Source of the DNA: a virus
Direction: 5' to 3' (one strand)
IMG/VR virus record: IMGVR_UViG_3300035670_000125
Length of the DNA: 64,000 nt
Shown here: positions 32,785-40,238 of the stretch, piece after piece
How the letters are laid out: every line of letters begins with the position of its first letter
How positions within the stretch are numbered: the stretch's first letter is position 1
Notes under the pieces: model-generated
Database searches by the model: none
Told to the model about the DNA's origin: nothing
What the model saw: only the letters and a program-made list of their open reading frames with translations
Made by a program: the position numbers and the translations under genes

Positions 32785-33058
32785 TCGGAGAGTCTCCTTT
32801 CTTCATCGCAATTTCACAAACTCGTCTCAGTGCATTTGTTACAAGGGAAACAGAACCAAAGTTCCACCAGTCCTTTTCGCCTCTACGTATCATTGACACA
32901 AAGGAGTCAACGTGTGCGCTTTCGTCCTCGGTTTCTTGTAACCCGATGTTTCTTAAGTAGATTTTATCGGCAACAAGTAAAACGTTTTTTAGTTCTGAAA
33001 GTTTTTCTTCGATTAGTTCAGAATCTTTAAACACTCGCAGTTGTTCAGTGTCCATCAC
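32777..33058 (-). CDS. hypothetical protein
   Basis: 93-aa ORF overlapping its neighbours. Confidence 0.5.
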   Translation of the reverse strand: MMDTEQLRVFKDSELIEEKLSELKNVLLVADKIYLRNIGLQETEDESAHVDSFVSMIRRGEKDWWNFGSVSLVTNALRRVCEIAMKKGDSPNV

Positions 33059-33447
33059 ACAAGCCCTCCAATGTAGTAATGTTTCCCATTGACAAGAAGA
33101 GTGTAATCATTGTCACTCATGAGTCTTCCTTCTTTAAGATCCCCTAGTTGTGTTGAGGCTTCACCTTCTGGAGTCAGGGATACAACTGAACACATACCGT
33201 CAGAATCACACTTCAAGTATGTTGTTTGTTTGTAAACAGTTAACAGACTGTCCTTCATGTGCGAATGATTCTCGGGGAGAATTAGTACCATCTCCCTTTC
33301 TTCCTTCGGACCAAAACCAACATGTCCGAGAGTTACAGGAACGTTCAAGTCCTTGAGTTCTTGGAGTGCAAGCTTCGTGTTCTTTACGTTATCTTGTTTG
33401 GTTAGTTCTGCTTTGAATACTGACACAATGTTACACGGTAATTTCAT
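33055..33447 (-). CDS. hypothetical protein
   Basis: Start trimmed to ATG 33447 (MKLPCNIV) with AAGGAG upstream. The ORF-track extension overlaps the upstream gene. Confidence 0.55.
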   Translation of the reverse strand: MKLPCNIVSVFKAELTKQDNVKNTKLALQELKDLNVPVTLGHVGFGPKEEREMVLILPENHSHMKDSLLTVYKQTTYLKCDSDGMCSVVSLTPEGEASTQLGDLKEGRLMSDNDYTLLVNGKHYYIGGLV

Positions 33448-33470
33448 TTTATCTATCTCCTTAAAATGAT

Positions 33471-33788
33471 TTAAATAAATCTTTTGTATGTTCCGTCTTC
33501 GTTGAACCATTTTTCCCACGTTGATTTCGCGGCATCTCTTGAACTTTGTGGGAAGATATCAGGGAATGCTAGGGCCACTTTGCACCATTCACAGTCTTCT
33601 TCATACCACCCATCGGGATTCTGTAATTCTCTCGGCATTTTCTTTAGCGTGGAGGGAGATACTTTGAACCCCCCATGTCCGGCCGTTCCATAAAAGGTAA
33701 CTCCTCTTGTGTATTTGTATCTATACTGTGCTTTACCCCAAGGTGTCCAAGTTCCAACAATTTTGTATTCTGGTTTGGTTTCCATCAC
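33471..33788 (-). CDS. hypothetical protein (Trp/Gly-rich; plasmid/ICE-type small protein look)
   Basis: WTPWGKAQY...FYGTAGHGGFKVS...WYEEDCEWCKVALAFPD. I cannot name the family with confidence. Confidence 0.5.
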   Translation of the reverse strand: MMETKPEYKIVGTWTPWGKAQYRYKYTRGVTFYGTAGHGGFKVSPSTLKKMPRELQNPDGWYEEDCEWCKVALAFPDIFPQSSRDAAKSTWEKWFNEDGTYKRFI

Positions 33789-33979
33789 TTACTCCACAAT
33801 AACAGTTCTACTTCTTCGAATCCATAAGAATAACACGCTGTTCCATTTTTTTCTAAATAATCCACCCATTCCTTTGTTGCCCTTGGGGAATAGACCTTTG
33901 ACTTTGCAAACTCCACAGCACGTTCTGTATCATCGAAAATTTTTTCAGGTTCATTTGTCACTTGTACTTTGCATTTCAT
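33785..33979 (-). CDS. hypothetical protein
   Basis: 64-aa ORF with an ATGA overlap. Confidence 0.5.
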   Translation of the reverse strand: MKCKVQVTNEPEKIFDDTERAVEFAKSKVYSPRATKEWVDYLEKNGTACYSYGFEEVELLLWSK

Positions 33980-33980
33980 T

Positions 33981-34259
33981 TCACACCACCCAAAGAGTTT
34001 GACCGTTAATTTTTACCAAGAGCAGACTCGAATCAAGAGGCACTGAACGATAATCTTTTTTCCCCATATCAAAAACTGTAATCAAATCATGCTCTTGTGG
34101 GCAGTAATTCAACCCCACACCTTTGACGTGCTTCTTAACTCCAAGCCGACAAGTCATGTCCCTAACGGTTCCGTCCTTCTTTAAGAATTTAACTGAAAAG
34201 ATTCTACCGTTTGAATTTTCAATTGCAGATTTCGCCAATTCCAAAGTGGTCACTTTCAT
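33981..34259 (-). CDS. small beta-barrel protein (DUF2693/WYL_2-like pattern)
   Basis: GRIFSVKFLKKDGTVRDMTCRLGV...ITVFD resembles the SH3-like-barrel DUF2693 pattern. This is recall-based. Confidence 0.45.
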   Translation of the reverse strand: MKVTTLELAKSAIENSNGRIFSVKFLKKDGTVRDMTCRLGVKKHVKGVGLNYCPQEHDLITVFDMGKKDYRSVPLDSSLLLVKINGQTLWVV

Positions 34260-34275
34260 TTTTTCCCTCCCTTTC

Positions 34276-34295
34276 AGAAAAGGCCATCCATGGCC
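34276..34295 (-). terminator. weak terminator-like hairpin
   Basis: Minus strand: GGCCA-TGGA-TGGCC followed by TTTTCT, between the DUF932 gene and the next RBS. Confidence 0.3.
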
Positions 34296-34320
34296 CGCAC
34301 TAACGTCCTGTTATATTATG

Positions 34321-35052
34321 TCACGCTGCCAATTTTGCAGCAATGTCAAAGAGTTTGCCGTTGATTTCTTTGAGTTTGTCAACGCTCTTAATTTCTCTCA
34401 GTACCCTAGTGCGTCCTTCTTCACTTGTCGCAGCTGTTCCGCCACGAATTAGATCCTCTTGGATTCTGTTATAGACAACAAAAAGATTCGTGCCTTGATC
34501 CTCAGGGCGTCGTGTTGTCCATTCGATTGAGGACACTTTATCGCCACGCAGTTTCTTAGCTTCTTCCTCAAAAGAGATGATCTGTGCCGTGGTGAGTTCA
34601 GTTGATTTCATTTTCTGAATAACTTCGGCAAGTGTTTTCGTTTGTGCCACAATTCGTTCGATTGATTCGTCCAACTCCTCAAGAATCATCCCAGTGTGTT
34701 TGTGTTTGAATGTCTCAAGAGCTTCCCCAACGATCATTCCGTTGGCGCATACAAACCGAAAAAAACCGAGTCCAATCATGAACCTAGAACTACCATCGAA
34801 TGAGTTAGTGATTACGAGTTGCAGTTTGACATCATCTAAACCCTTAACGCTGAGGAGTTCGGGATGGGAGAGTTTAACCATGTGTTTTCCGTAACCGCTC
34901 CCGCCATGGCGAGACTTCCGTTGGTGGATTGAATCCACTACAAACCCCAAGTCCTTAAATTTTTGAGCAATCAAATTTGTCTGCACAGTCTTATATTTTG
35001 GGGACATTTTAGGATGCGCTGTGTTTGAAACATTCAAGATTTGGTTTTGCAT
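34321..35052 (-). CDS. DUF932-family protein
   Basis: VITNSFDGSSRFMIGLGFFRFVCANGMIVG matches the DUF932 core (NSxDGSxxxxxxxGxFRxVCxNG). Start set to ATG 35052 (MQNQ) with AAGGAG 7 nt upstream. Confidence 0.75.
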   Translation of the reverse strand: MQNQILNVSNTAHPKMSPKYKTVQTNLIAQKFKDLGFVVDSIHQRKSRHGGSGYGKHMVKLSHPELLSVKGLDDVKLQLVITNSFDGSSRFMIGLGFFRFVCANGMIVGEALETFKHKHTGMILEELDESIERIVAQTKTLAEVIQKMKSTELTTAQIISFEEEAKKLRGDKVSSIEWTTRRPEDQGTNLFVVYNRIQEDLIRGGTAATSEEGRTRVLREIKSVDKLKEINGKLFDIAAKLAA

Positions 35053-35071
35053 TTTCGTTCTCCTTAGTAAT

Positions 35072-35100
35072 GTTATATAATGATTTGTCGCGTCAATCAA
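35072..35100 (-). promoter_or_regulatory. candidate sigma70-like early promoter
   Basis: Minus strand: TTGATTGACGC...17 nt from TTGATT...TATAAC, about 20 nt upstream of the RBS of gene 34321-35052. Confidence 0.35.
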
Positions 35101-35113
35101 GACAAAAAAGAAG

Positions 35114-35626
35114 TTAAGAGAGTTTTTTCTTCAACCATTTGATGAAACCCACAACATCACTCCCACGACGGGCACCCACGTGGAACATGACGGGTTCCGT
35201 TGATTTGCGGAATTTCTGAACACTCGGTAGGTCCGAATCATAGAGGCTTGTCTCTTTCCAGTCGTACACGGTGAACACTTCACCTTCAGTCGAAACAAAG
35301 GTCCATTCTCCGCTCACTTTGTAATCGTCACCACCCTTTGCCTCACCTAATGCCTGAGCTAGTTCCCCATATGTTGCTGCAATTTCTCCCATCAGGGAGG
35401 TGCCTTCGATATCAGCTTCATCAACAAGCTCGAATCTTTCAGGGAAATTGAGCCCCAAGCCTTGCAGGGCGAGGGCGTAAATATGGTTTGACTGTTCTCC
35501 TCCCGTTACTTCCTCCACGTCTAGTTCTAATTCACTGCAATAATCTAAGTAGTCATGGTAGAATTGATTTTCACAGTCAATAATCATTTGTAATGCTTTT
35601 TTTGTTGCGTTTTCTTTTGTCAACAT
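35114..35626 (-). CDS. hypothetical acidic protein
   Basis: Start set to ATG 35626 (MLTKENA) with AAGGGAGAA upstream. Acidic N-terminal half and a beta-rich C-terminal half. Confidence 0.55.
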   Translation of the reverse strand: MLTKENATKKALQMIIDCENQFYHDYLDYCSELELDVEEVTGGEQSNHIYALALQGLGLNFPERFELVDEADIEGTSLMGEIAATYGELAQALGEAKGGDDYKVSGEWTFVSTEGEVFTVYDWKETSLYDSDLPSVQKFRKSTEPVMFHVGARRGSDVVGFIKWLKKKLS

Positions 35627-35659
35627 GTTATTTTCTCCCTTAATTTTTTTTCTGTTCAC

Positions 35660-35866
35660 TTACTTAACAAACTTGAGAGCTTCCCGCAGTGTGGGGAATT
35701 TGTATGCCGGTAATTCATTCCCGTCCGAGTCTTCCCGCACCACCAGAAAAACCCCATCATGGCGGTAAACTGTGCCGATTTTGGAAGGGTCGGCAAGCCT
35801 TACTTCGGTGGCAGTTACAAACTCCTTTTTCCCGTTGTTTTCTTGGATCAAAATTTGTGCGCTCAT
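35660..35866 (-). CDS. hypothetical protein
   Basis: Start set to ATG 35866 (MSAQILIQ) with GAGGAGAG upstream. Confidence 0.55.
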   Translation of the reverse strand: MSAQILIQENNGKKEFVTATEVRLADPSKIGTVYRHDGVFLVVREDSDGNELPAYKFPTLREALKFVK

Positions 35867-35888
35867 TTTTTTCTCTCCTCTTGTTTCT

Positions 35889-35917
35889 GTTATATCCTGT
35901 TTACTGCAATGCGTCAA
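35889..35917 (-). promoter_or_regulatory. candidate sigma70-like early promoter
   Basis: Minus strand: TTGATTGACGC with TTGACG-17 nt-TATAAC, just upstream of the RBS of gene 35660-35866. Confidence 0.4.
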
Positions 35918-36128
35918 TCAATTTTTTTCTAGAAAGTGGACCTTCCACCTTAACTTCGATTAAATCTTTTCCGTTTACGCTCACCTGGCGATACCATCCC
36001 GCCTTCCATTTTTGGCCTGCACTAAAAAACTCCCGCTCATTCTTTAAGTGTTTGACAATCTTCGAAACAATCCCGCGTTTTTTTTCAAAATGAATTAACA
36101 TTTTTCTCTCCTCAGTAGGTGAATTCAA
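35901..36128 (-). CDS. hypothetical protein
   Basis: 75-aa basic ORF. Confidence 0.5.
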   Translation of the reverse strand: MNSPTEERKMLIHFEKKRGIVSKIVKHLKNEREFFSAGQKWKAGWYRQVSVNGKDLIEVKVEGPLSRKKLIDALQ

Positions 36129-36363
36129 TGACTGTTAGGTCTTTATCTAGACTCTCAAAATCGTGCGACGCTTGCACTATGTCTCCCGTTTCAGTCTCGC
36201 CTAAGTAGATCAAGCAACTCTCGTCTAAGAGATCCTCACCTACCCAATCGGCAGTGTGGATTTCAAAACCGGGCACATCTTCAGCATCTTCCACCGATAG
36301 GCCGATTGATTTTCTTACTGACAAAACATGCTTTCCACTTGTTAAGACATAAACATTTTTCAT
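36112..36363 (-). CDS. hypothetical acidic protein
   Basis: 83-aa ORF. Confidence 0.5.
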   Translation of the reverse strand: MKNVYVLTSGKHVLSVRKSIGLSVEDAEDVPGFEIHTADWVGEDLLDESCLIYLGETETGDIVQASHDFESLDKDLTVIEFTY

Positions 36364-36452
36364 TTTAGATCCTCGAAGTTAAGCTGATTATTTCGATCGT
36401 GGCAGTTATGCACCACGCTAGCACGATCCCGAACAAAAAAACCACTGTTAAG

Positions 36453-37100
36453 TTACGCATATTTTTTCCATCCCGTTTTTTCAATCTTTTTGAGCCCGTG
36501 ATATACAAGGCCGATTTTTGGGTTGCTACCGATAGCGAGTGTGTCGTCATGGCTTGTGTCAACGTACCCTGCCGCTAACAAAGCGTCAAGCGTCGGAAAC
36601 ACACGTGAATGTCGATCGGTTTCTTGATTGATTTTCGAGTCTTCTTTTCCTCCCAGTGAAAAAATCACTTTGAAATTCTGAGGGAAGTCACTGAAAAGAT
36701 TACGTTTTTTCAACATATCTACCATTTTTGTGTATGCGTAGAAGATAACGCTTGGATTTTGTTTCGCAATTTCAACCCACTTTTCGAGGTACTCGGGCGA
36801 GTAAAAGTCTCCCGCGTCATGAATCCGGACGAGATCGGCTCGATTGAGTTTGACTTCTAGACTCATCGCGTCGATGAAACCATCGGACCGTGTGGCGATG
36901 AAATTCAGGTGATGTTTTGCCTTAACCTTAGGCCACGAGTAGGCGCGTTCTCTTGCGTAGCAACCCACCGCGCAAGCCGACGCATTCGGGCAAGTCATGA
37001 ACCCATCATCAGTTTTTAGGGCAGGGATCGTGAAGTTAAAAATTCTTTTGAATTCAGAGTTTTGCGAGTTTTTAATTTTGGAATTTTTTGTCAATAGCAT
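36453..37100 (-). CDS. Cys-motif protein (CPxxxxCxxxCYA; Gp88-like recall)
   Basis: TCPNASACAVGCYARERAY motif. Start set to ATG 37100 with AAGGA upstream (the ORF-track start is a TTG). The family name is recalled, not verified. Confidence 0.55.
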   Translation of the reverse strand: MLLTKNSKIKNSQNSEFKRIFNFTIPALKTDDGFMTCPNASACAVGCYARERAYSWPKVKAKHHLNFIATRSDGFIDAMSLEVKLNRADLVRIHDAGDFYSPEYLEKWVEIAKQNPSVIFYAYTKMVDMLKKRNLFSDFPQNFKVIFSLGGKEDSKINQETDRHSRVFPTLDALLAAGYVDTSHDDTLAIGSNPKIGLVYHGLKKIEKTGWKKYA

Positions 37101-37190
37101 GATATTATCCTTATTCAATCTTTGTGCCAGTGATGGGAGCCGTTAAAACACCCCTCGGACCAAAAAAAGTGTATATTATTTAGACAGCTG

Positions 37191-37367
37191 TTAGGCGGCT
37201 TTGCGTTCGTCCTTGGTGGCACACTCCTCCAGGTGGCCAGTGTCAAGCAAGGCGCATAGTGTTAAGAGACGCTCAATAAGATGCAAGCGCTCGGTAGGCT
37301 CGGCACTCATGAGTTGGGCTTTAATAACTCCGATCGATCTCAAGATAAAAACTTGATCCTGTCTCAT
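37191..37367 (-). CDS. 58-aa hypothetical protein (below ORF-track cutoff)
   Basis: ATG at 37367 with GGAG 8 nt upstream. Encodes MRQDQVFILRSIGVIKAQLMSAEPTERLHLIERLLTLCALLDTGHLEECATKDERKAA. Confidence 0.45.
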   Translation of the reverse strand: MRQDQVFILRSIGVIKAQLMSAEPTERLHLIERLLTLCALLDTGHLEECATKDERKAA

Positions 37368-37454
37368 AAAATAACTCCGTTAGTTTACTAGCCTCTTCAG
37401 TAGCCGCGCTACGGCTAGACACTCGTCCGTGAGTGTTTCGGCTTGAGCCTCGAT

Positions 37455-37649
37455 TTACCGAGGGTTGATCAAATTAAGACTCTCCAAGAATTTGAGAGCC
37501 TCACCACGCGGCCCCACAAAAATTGTGTCCTCACCTAGAGACTTCTCCATACCCCACCGACTCCGAGAAATTTCTAGGATGTCTCCGCCTACTGAGGTTA
37601 GAAAGACTGTTTGTAGTTCGTCGTTAAACAACTGATATCCGACAGGCAT
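37455..37649 (-). CDS. hypothetical protein (first gene of leftward block)
   Basis: ATG with AAGGGAGAA upstream. 64 aa. Confidence 0.55.
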   Translation of the reverse strand: MPVGYQLFNDELQTVFLTSVGGDILEISRSRWGMEKSLGEDTIFVGPRGEALKFLESLNLINPR

Positions 37650-37669
37650 GTTTTTTCTCCCTTTGTTTT

Positions 37670-37698
37670 GTTTTACCCTAGTTAATTCTGTGCGTCAA
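37670..37698 (-). promoter_or_regulatory. candidate sigma70-like early promoter
   Basis: Minus strand: ATTGACGC, with TTGACG-17 nt-TAAAAC, about 20 nt upstream of the RBS of gene 37455-37649. Confidence 0.4.
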
Positions 37699-37972
37699 TA
37701 TTTTTTTTTGTTGTTCGGCCTCGGCATCATCACCGTTGCATGATGACACTCATTGCAGACCATGTGCCAACCCAAAGGACGATTTAAACCGATACAGGGA
37801 CCGACATTAGTCCTGTGAGTGTATAGGAAATACACACCCGATAAGGCCATCGACAACTTGCGTCAATTAAACTCATTCAGTAGTGGTCCTCAATTATTCC
37901 AGTTGACCCGATATATATAATAATAGAGGGGATTATTATGCAATAACAGTGCCAGGCATAGATCTTGCATTA

Positions 37973-38004
37973 TGTCGCTAATGACACACTGTGTCGCTAA
38001 TGAC
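37973..38004. repeat. direct repeat TGTCGCTAATGAC x2
   Basis: Identical 13-mers at 37973-37985 and 37992-38004, spaced 19 bp apart in the divergent control region. Confidence 0.9.
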
Positions 38005-38042
38005 GTAGGGGTGTCAACTGAATCAGTTCAGTGTGTAAATAT

Positions 38043-38110
38043 TTGACATGTATATGAATTTGACAGTGTGTAAGAAGTAGACAGCGGCTATTTGTTAGAC
38101 AGGGGGGGGG
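38043..38110. repeat. four T(T/A)GACA hexamers at 17-18-bp spacing followed by a G-run
   Basis: TTGACA at 38043 and 38060; TAGACA at 38078 and 38096. CAGTGTGTAA occurs twice. A palindrome AACTGAaTCAGTT sits at about 38013-38025. Poly-G at 38102-38110. Confidence 0.85.
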
Positions 38111-38201
38111 TAGGGTGCTCTCAGGTGTGGTGTGCGTTCACGTTAGCACATCCACGAATTTTATCACTCTAATATAGAAACAACTCATTTCCACCAATCT
38201 A

Positions 38202-38221
38202 TTAACAACTATTACAGAAAC
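38202..38221 (+). promoter_or_regulatory. late-gene motif copy TTAACAACTATTACAGAAAC
   Basis: First rightward copy, about 135 nt upstream of gene 38358. 19 of 20 nt identical to the copy at 42951. Confidence 0.55.
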
Positions 38222-38357
38222 ACTGTAACAGTGCGTTAAATCGTATTTTAAAGTGAATTAGTTATATTATCTAGTGATTATAGAAAATTGTATCTTGTAA
38301 GTTACTGTTTTGTAAGTTGTGTTTAAAATCAATTAACAGTCTTATATAGAGTTAATT

Positions 38358-38882
38358 ATGAACTTGTACCGTACCCTTAATGATTTATCTACCCCAGGAA
38401 TATGGGCAATTGTGAACGAAAGAGACCGTCTCGTATATCTTTCTCAAAGCAACAATGTTCTTGCTTCTATGTCTAGAAACATTGATATGATACACAATAA
38501 GTCTCACTCCTGTCGTAAGCTACTACGTGATAAATCCTTACTTAGTTTCGTAGTTTTAGAAGAAGTCAGTAGTACAGAAACTGATAGAAAGTTACGATTG
38601 AACTACTGGATTAATCATTACAGAAACAAAGGATACACCCTATACAGGAAGCATAACGGTGAAGCTACCTATACTCCAAAATTATTTGTTACAAAGGATT
38701 ATAAAGTACACGTAACCTTAGTTAACAAACGTAACGATAAACTAGTCGTAGGTGTATTCGATAAAATGAACGATGCTACCCAATTCATAACAACATATTA
38801 TTCCAATATCTTCTACACCATCACCTACTCCGATAATATTCTGACCAAAGAATATTACAATCGTAAGAAAGCTGTGGTGTAG
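38358..38882 (+). CDS. GIY-YIG-like domain protein with substituted catalytic positions (possibly degenerate homing endonuclease)
   Basis: PGIWAIVN...LVYLSQS...SHSCRKL...FVVLEEV...RLNYWINHYRNKGYTLY parallels the I-TevI N-terminal domain as I recall it. However, GIY becomes GIW and YxG becomes YLS, and the Arg and Glu positions appear replaced. Confidence 0.5.
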   Translation: MNLYRTLNDLSTPGIWAIVNERDRLVYLSQSNNVLASMSRNIDMIHNKSHSCRKLLRDKSLLSFVVLEEVSSTETDRKLRLNYWINHYRNKGYTLYRKHNGEATYTPKLFVTKDYKVHVTLVNKRNDKLVVGVFDKMNDATQFITTYYSNIFYTITYSDNILTKEYYNRKKAVV

Positions 38883-38886
38883 TAGT

Positions 38887-39129
38887 ATGGGTATGTATGG
38901 TGTTATGTATGGGTATATAGTTATAAATTTTCGAAATCCGAAAAAGAGTTTTCGTCTTTCTCAATTTATAAAGACACAGAGGAATGACTTAGATAGAATT
39001 ATTCTTAAACGTTTAACTGAAGTAGTAGGTAACGAGCTACGTACGTTGTGCGACTCGCTGTTTCTCGCTCGTCGTTGCTACGTAATCGCTCTCAGAAGCA
39101 CGACGTGCAACTTTAGTTATAGTTGTTAA
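38887..39129 (+). CDS. doubtful ORF
   Basis: The 80-aa ORF has a C-terminal half that runs through a GC-rich repeat/palindrome region. Its stop lies inside an inverted copy of the late motif. It may be non-coding. Confidence 0.25.
   Translation: MGMYGVMYGYIVINFRNPKKSFRLSQFIKTQRNDLDRIILKRLTEVVGNELRTLCDSLFLARRCYVIALRSTTCNFSYSC
39117..39129 (-). promoter_or_regulatory. late-gene motif copy in leftward orientation (TTAACAACTATAA)
   Basis: The plus strand reads ttatagttgttaa. No minus-strand ORF follows it. Confidence 0.4.
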
Positions 39130-39153
39130 TTTATGATAATATAATGGTGGTTT

Positions 39154-39384
39154 ATGGACATCTTTTTTGCTTTATTTTTAATGCTTATAGTTATTTTATT
39201 TTTTATGGCTGCTATGAAGGCTGTAGATGAGAAGTTAATTGAGCAACAACGTAAGTTTATAGAAAAGGAATTGAGTTTGAAAAAATGTCCTCCCCATAAA
39301 TGGTCTTATCATCCTCAAACGGAAAAACTTTGTTGTATTAATTGTAATTTTACAGCGGGGGAGAGTAGTCCACATGAACAATAA
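39154..39384 (+). CDS. small membrane protein with Cys/His motif
   Basis: N-terminal hydrophobic FFALFLMLIVILFFMAAM, then CPPHKWSYHPQTEKLCCINC. Confidence 0.55.
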   Translation: MDIFFALFLMLIVILFFMAAMKAVDEKLIEQQRKFIEKELSLKKCPPHKWSYHPQTEKLCCINCNFTAGESSPHEQ

Positions 39385-39583
39385 AATTAGAAAAATTCAT
39401 CGGCCAGTATCTAATAAATATCAAAGATTAAATAATCCTCGAATCATTAAAGATCATGCTGAGTATATTAAAACAAACGAAAAGGATGCACATGCGTTAG
39501 TGTTTGTGCCCTATTATTCGATGATATATTACTCACTACCCCCATTTAAAACGTCAAATCCAATGTATAAGAAAGTAAAGTAG
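39374..39583 (+). CDS. hypothetical basic protein
   Basis: 69-aa ORF overlapping the upstream gene by 11 nt. Confidence 0.45.
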   Translation: MNNKIRKIHRPVSNKYQRLNNPRIIKDHAEYIKTNEKDAHALVFVPYYSMIYYSLPPFKTSNPMYKKVK

Positions 39584-39585
39584 TT

Positions 39586-39795
39586 ATGGAATCAGATAAA
39601 AGATTATGTAAGATTTGCGGAGAACTAAAAATCCGCACTATGGTAGGAAAGTATCCTGACAATAGAAACAAGAAATTTGCTGACGAATCGGGTAAGTTGT
39701 GGAACGGTTCCGTTTGTGGTTCTTGTAATGTGAAAAGATCACATGAAAATATGAAAAAATTAAGACAGCGTATTAAGGGTGCAATCAGTGAATAA
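39586..39795 (+). CDS. zinc-ribbon protein
   Basis: CKICGE...CGSCN paired CxxC motifs. Confidence 0.55.
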   Translation: MESDKRLCKICGELKIRTMVGKYPDNRNKKFADESGKLWNGSVCGSCNVKRSHENMKKLRQRIKGAISE

Positions 39796-40228
39796 GAGGA
39801 CTTGGTTCTTATTGTTTTTCGTTGGGTTGTTTTTTACTTATGTCAATATACCCCTAAAAGAAATTGACCCCGATTTAACTCCATACTATGATGAATTTAT
39901 GGGTTTGTATAATGACATTTGTCCTAATAGGGAATTACCGAAAAAGGTGATAATACGGTTTAACCTAAAAGGTGGAACTGTGATAGGCACTTGCACAAGA
40001 TCATACAAACGTGCTGTTATAGAAATAGATCCCTTCAATTGGTACTTATCACCTTTAATGGATAGAAAACAACTCATGTTCCACGAATTAACACATTGTT
40101 TATTAAAGCTCGGTCATGTTGATGAAAAATATATTAATAATTACATGAATCCGGTGCTATATCCATTAGAAGAACCCGAGTTGAATTCACAAGTAATTAA
40201 TAATATGAGATATGTTTGTAGTGGATAG
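39779..40228 (+). CDS. membrane-anchored/secreted HExxH zinc metallopeptidase-like protein
   Basis: Hydrophobic N-terminus WFLLFFVGLFFTYV, then MFHELTHCLLKLGH. Paralogue of 27350-27847. Confidence 0.6.
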   Translation: MQSVNKRTWFLLFFVGLFFTYVNIPLKEIDPDLTPYYDEFMGLYNDICPNRELPKKVIIRFNLKGGTVIGTCTRSYKRAVIEIDPFNWYLSPLMDRKQLMFHELTHCLLKLGHVDEKYINNYMNPVLYPLEEPELNSQVINNMRYVCSG

Positions 40229-40238
40229 TAGCATTAGA

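Noticed and set aside
36365-36562. 65-aa ORF overlapping the 3' end of gene 36453-37100.
   Set aside because: Its first half lies inside the upstream gene in another frame. Only the 31-aa version starting at 36460 is plausible, and that is mentioned as a mini-ORF.
37848-37850. 51-aa Cys/His ORF (37695-37850, minus strand) in the control region, considered as a real gene.
   Set aside because: It has no RBS, and its ATG lies only 11 nt from the ATTGACGC box. I left it as a note inside the control-region finding rather than as a feature.
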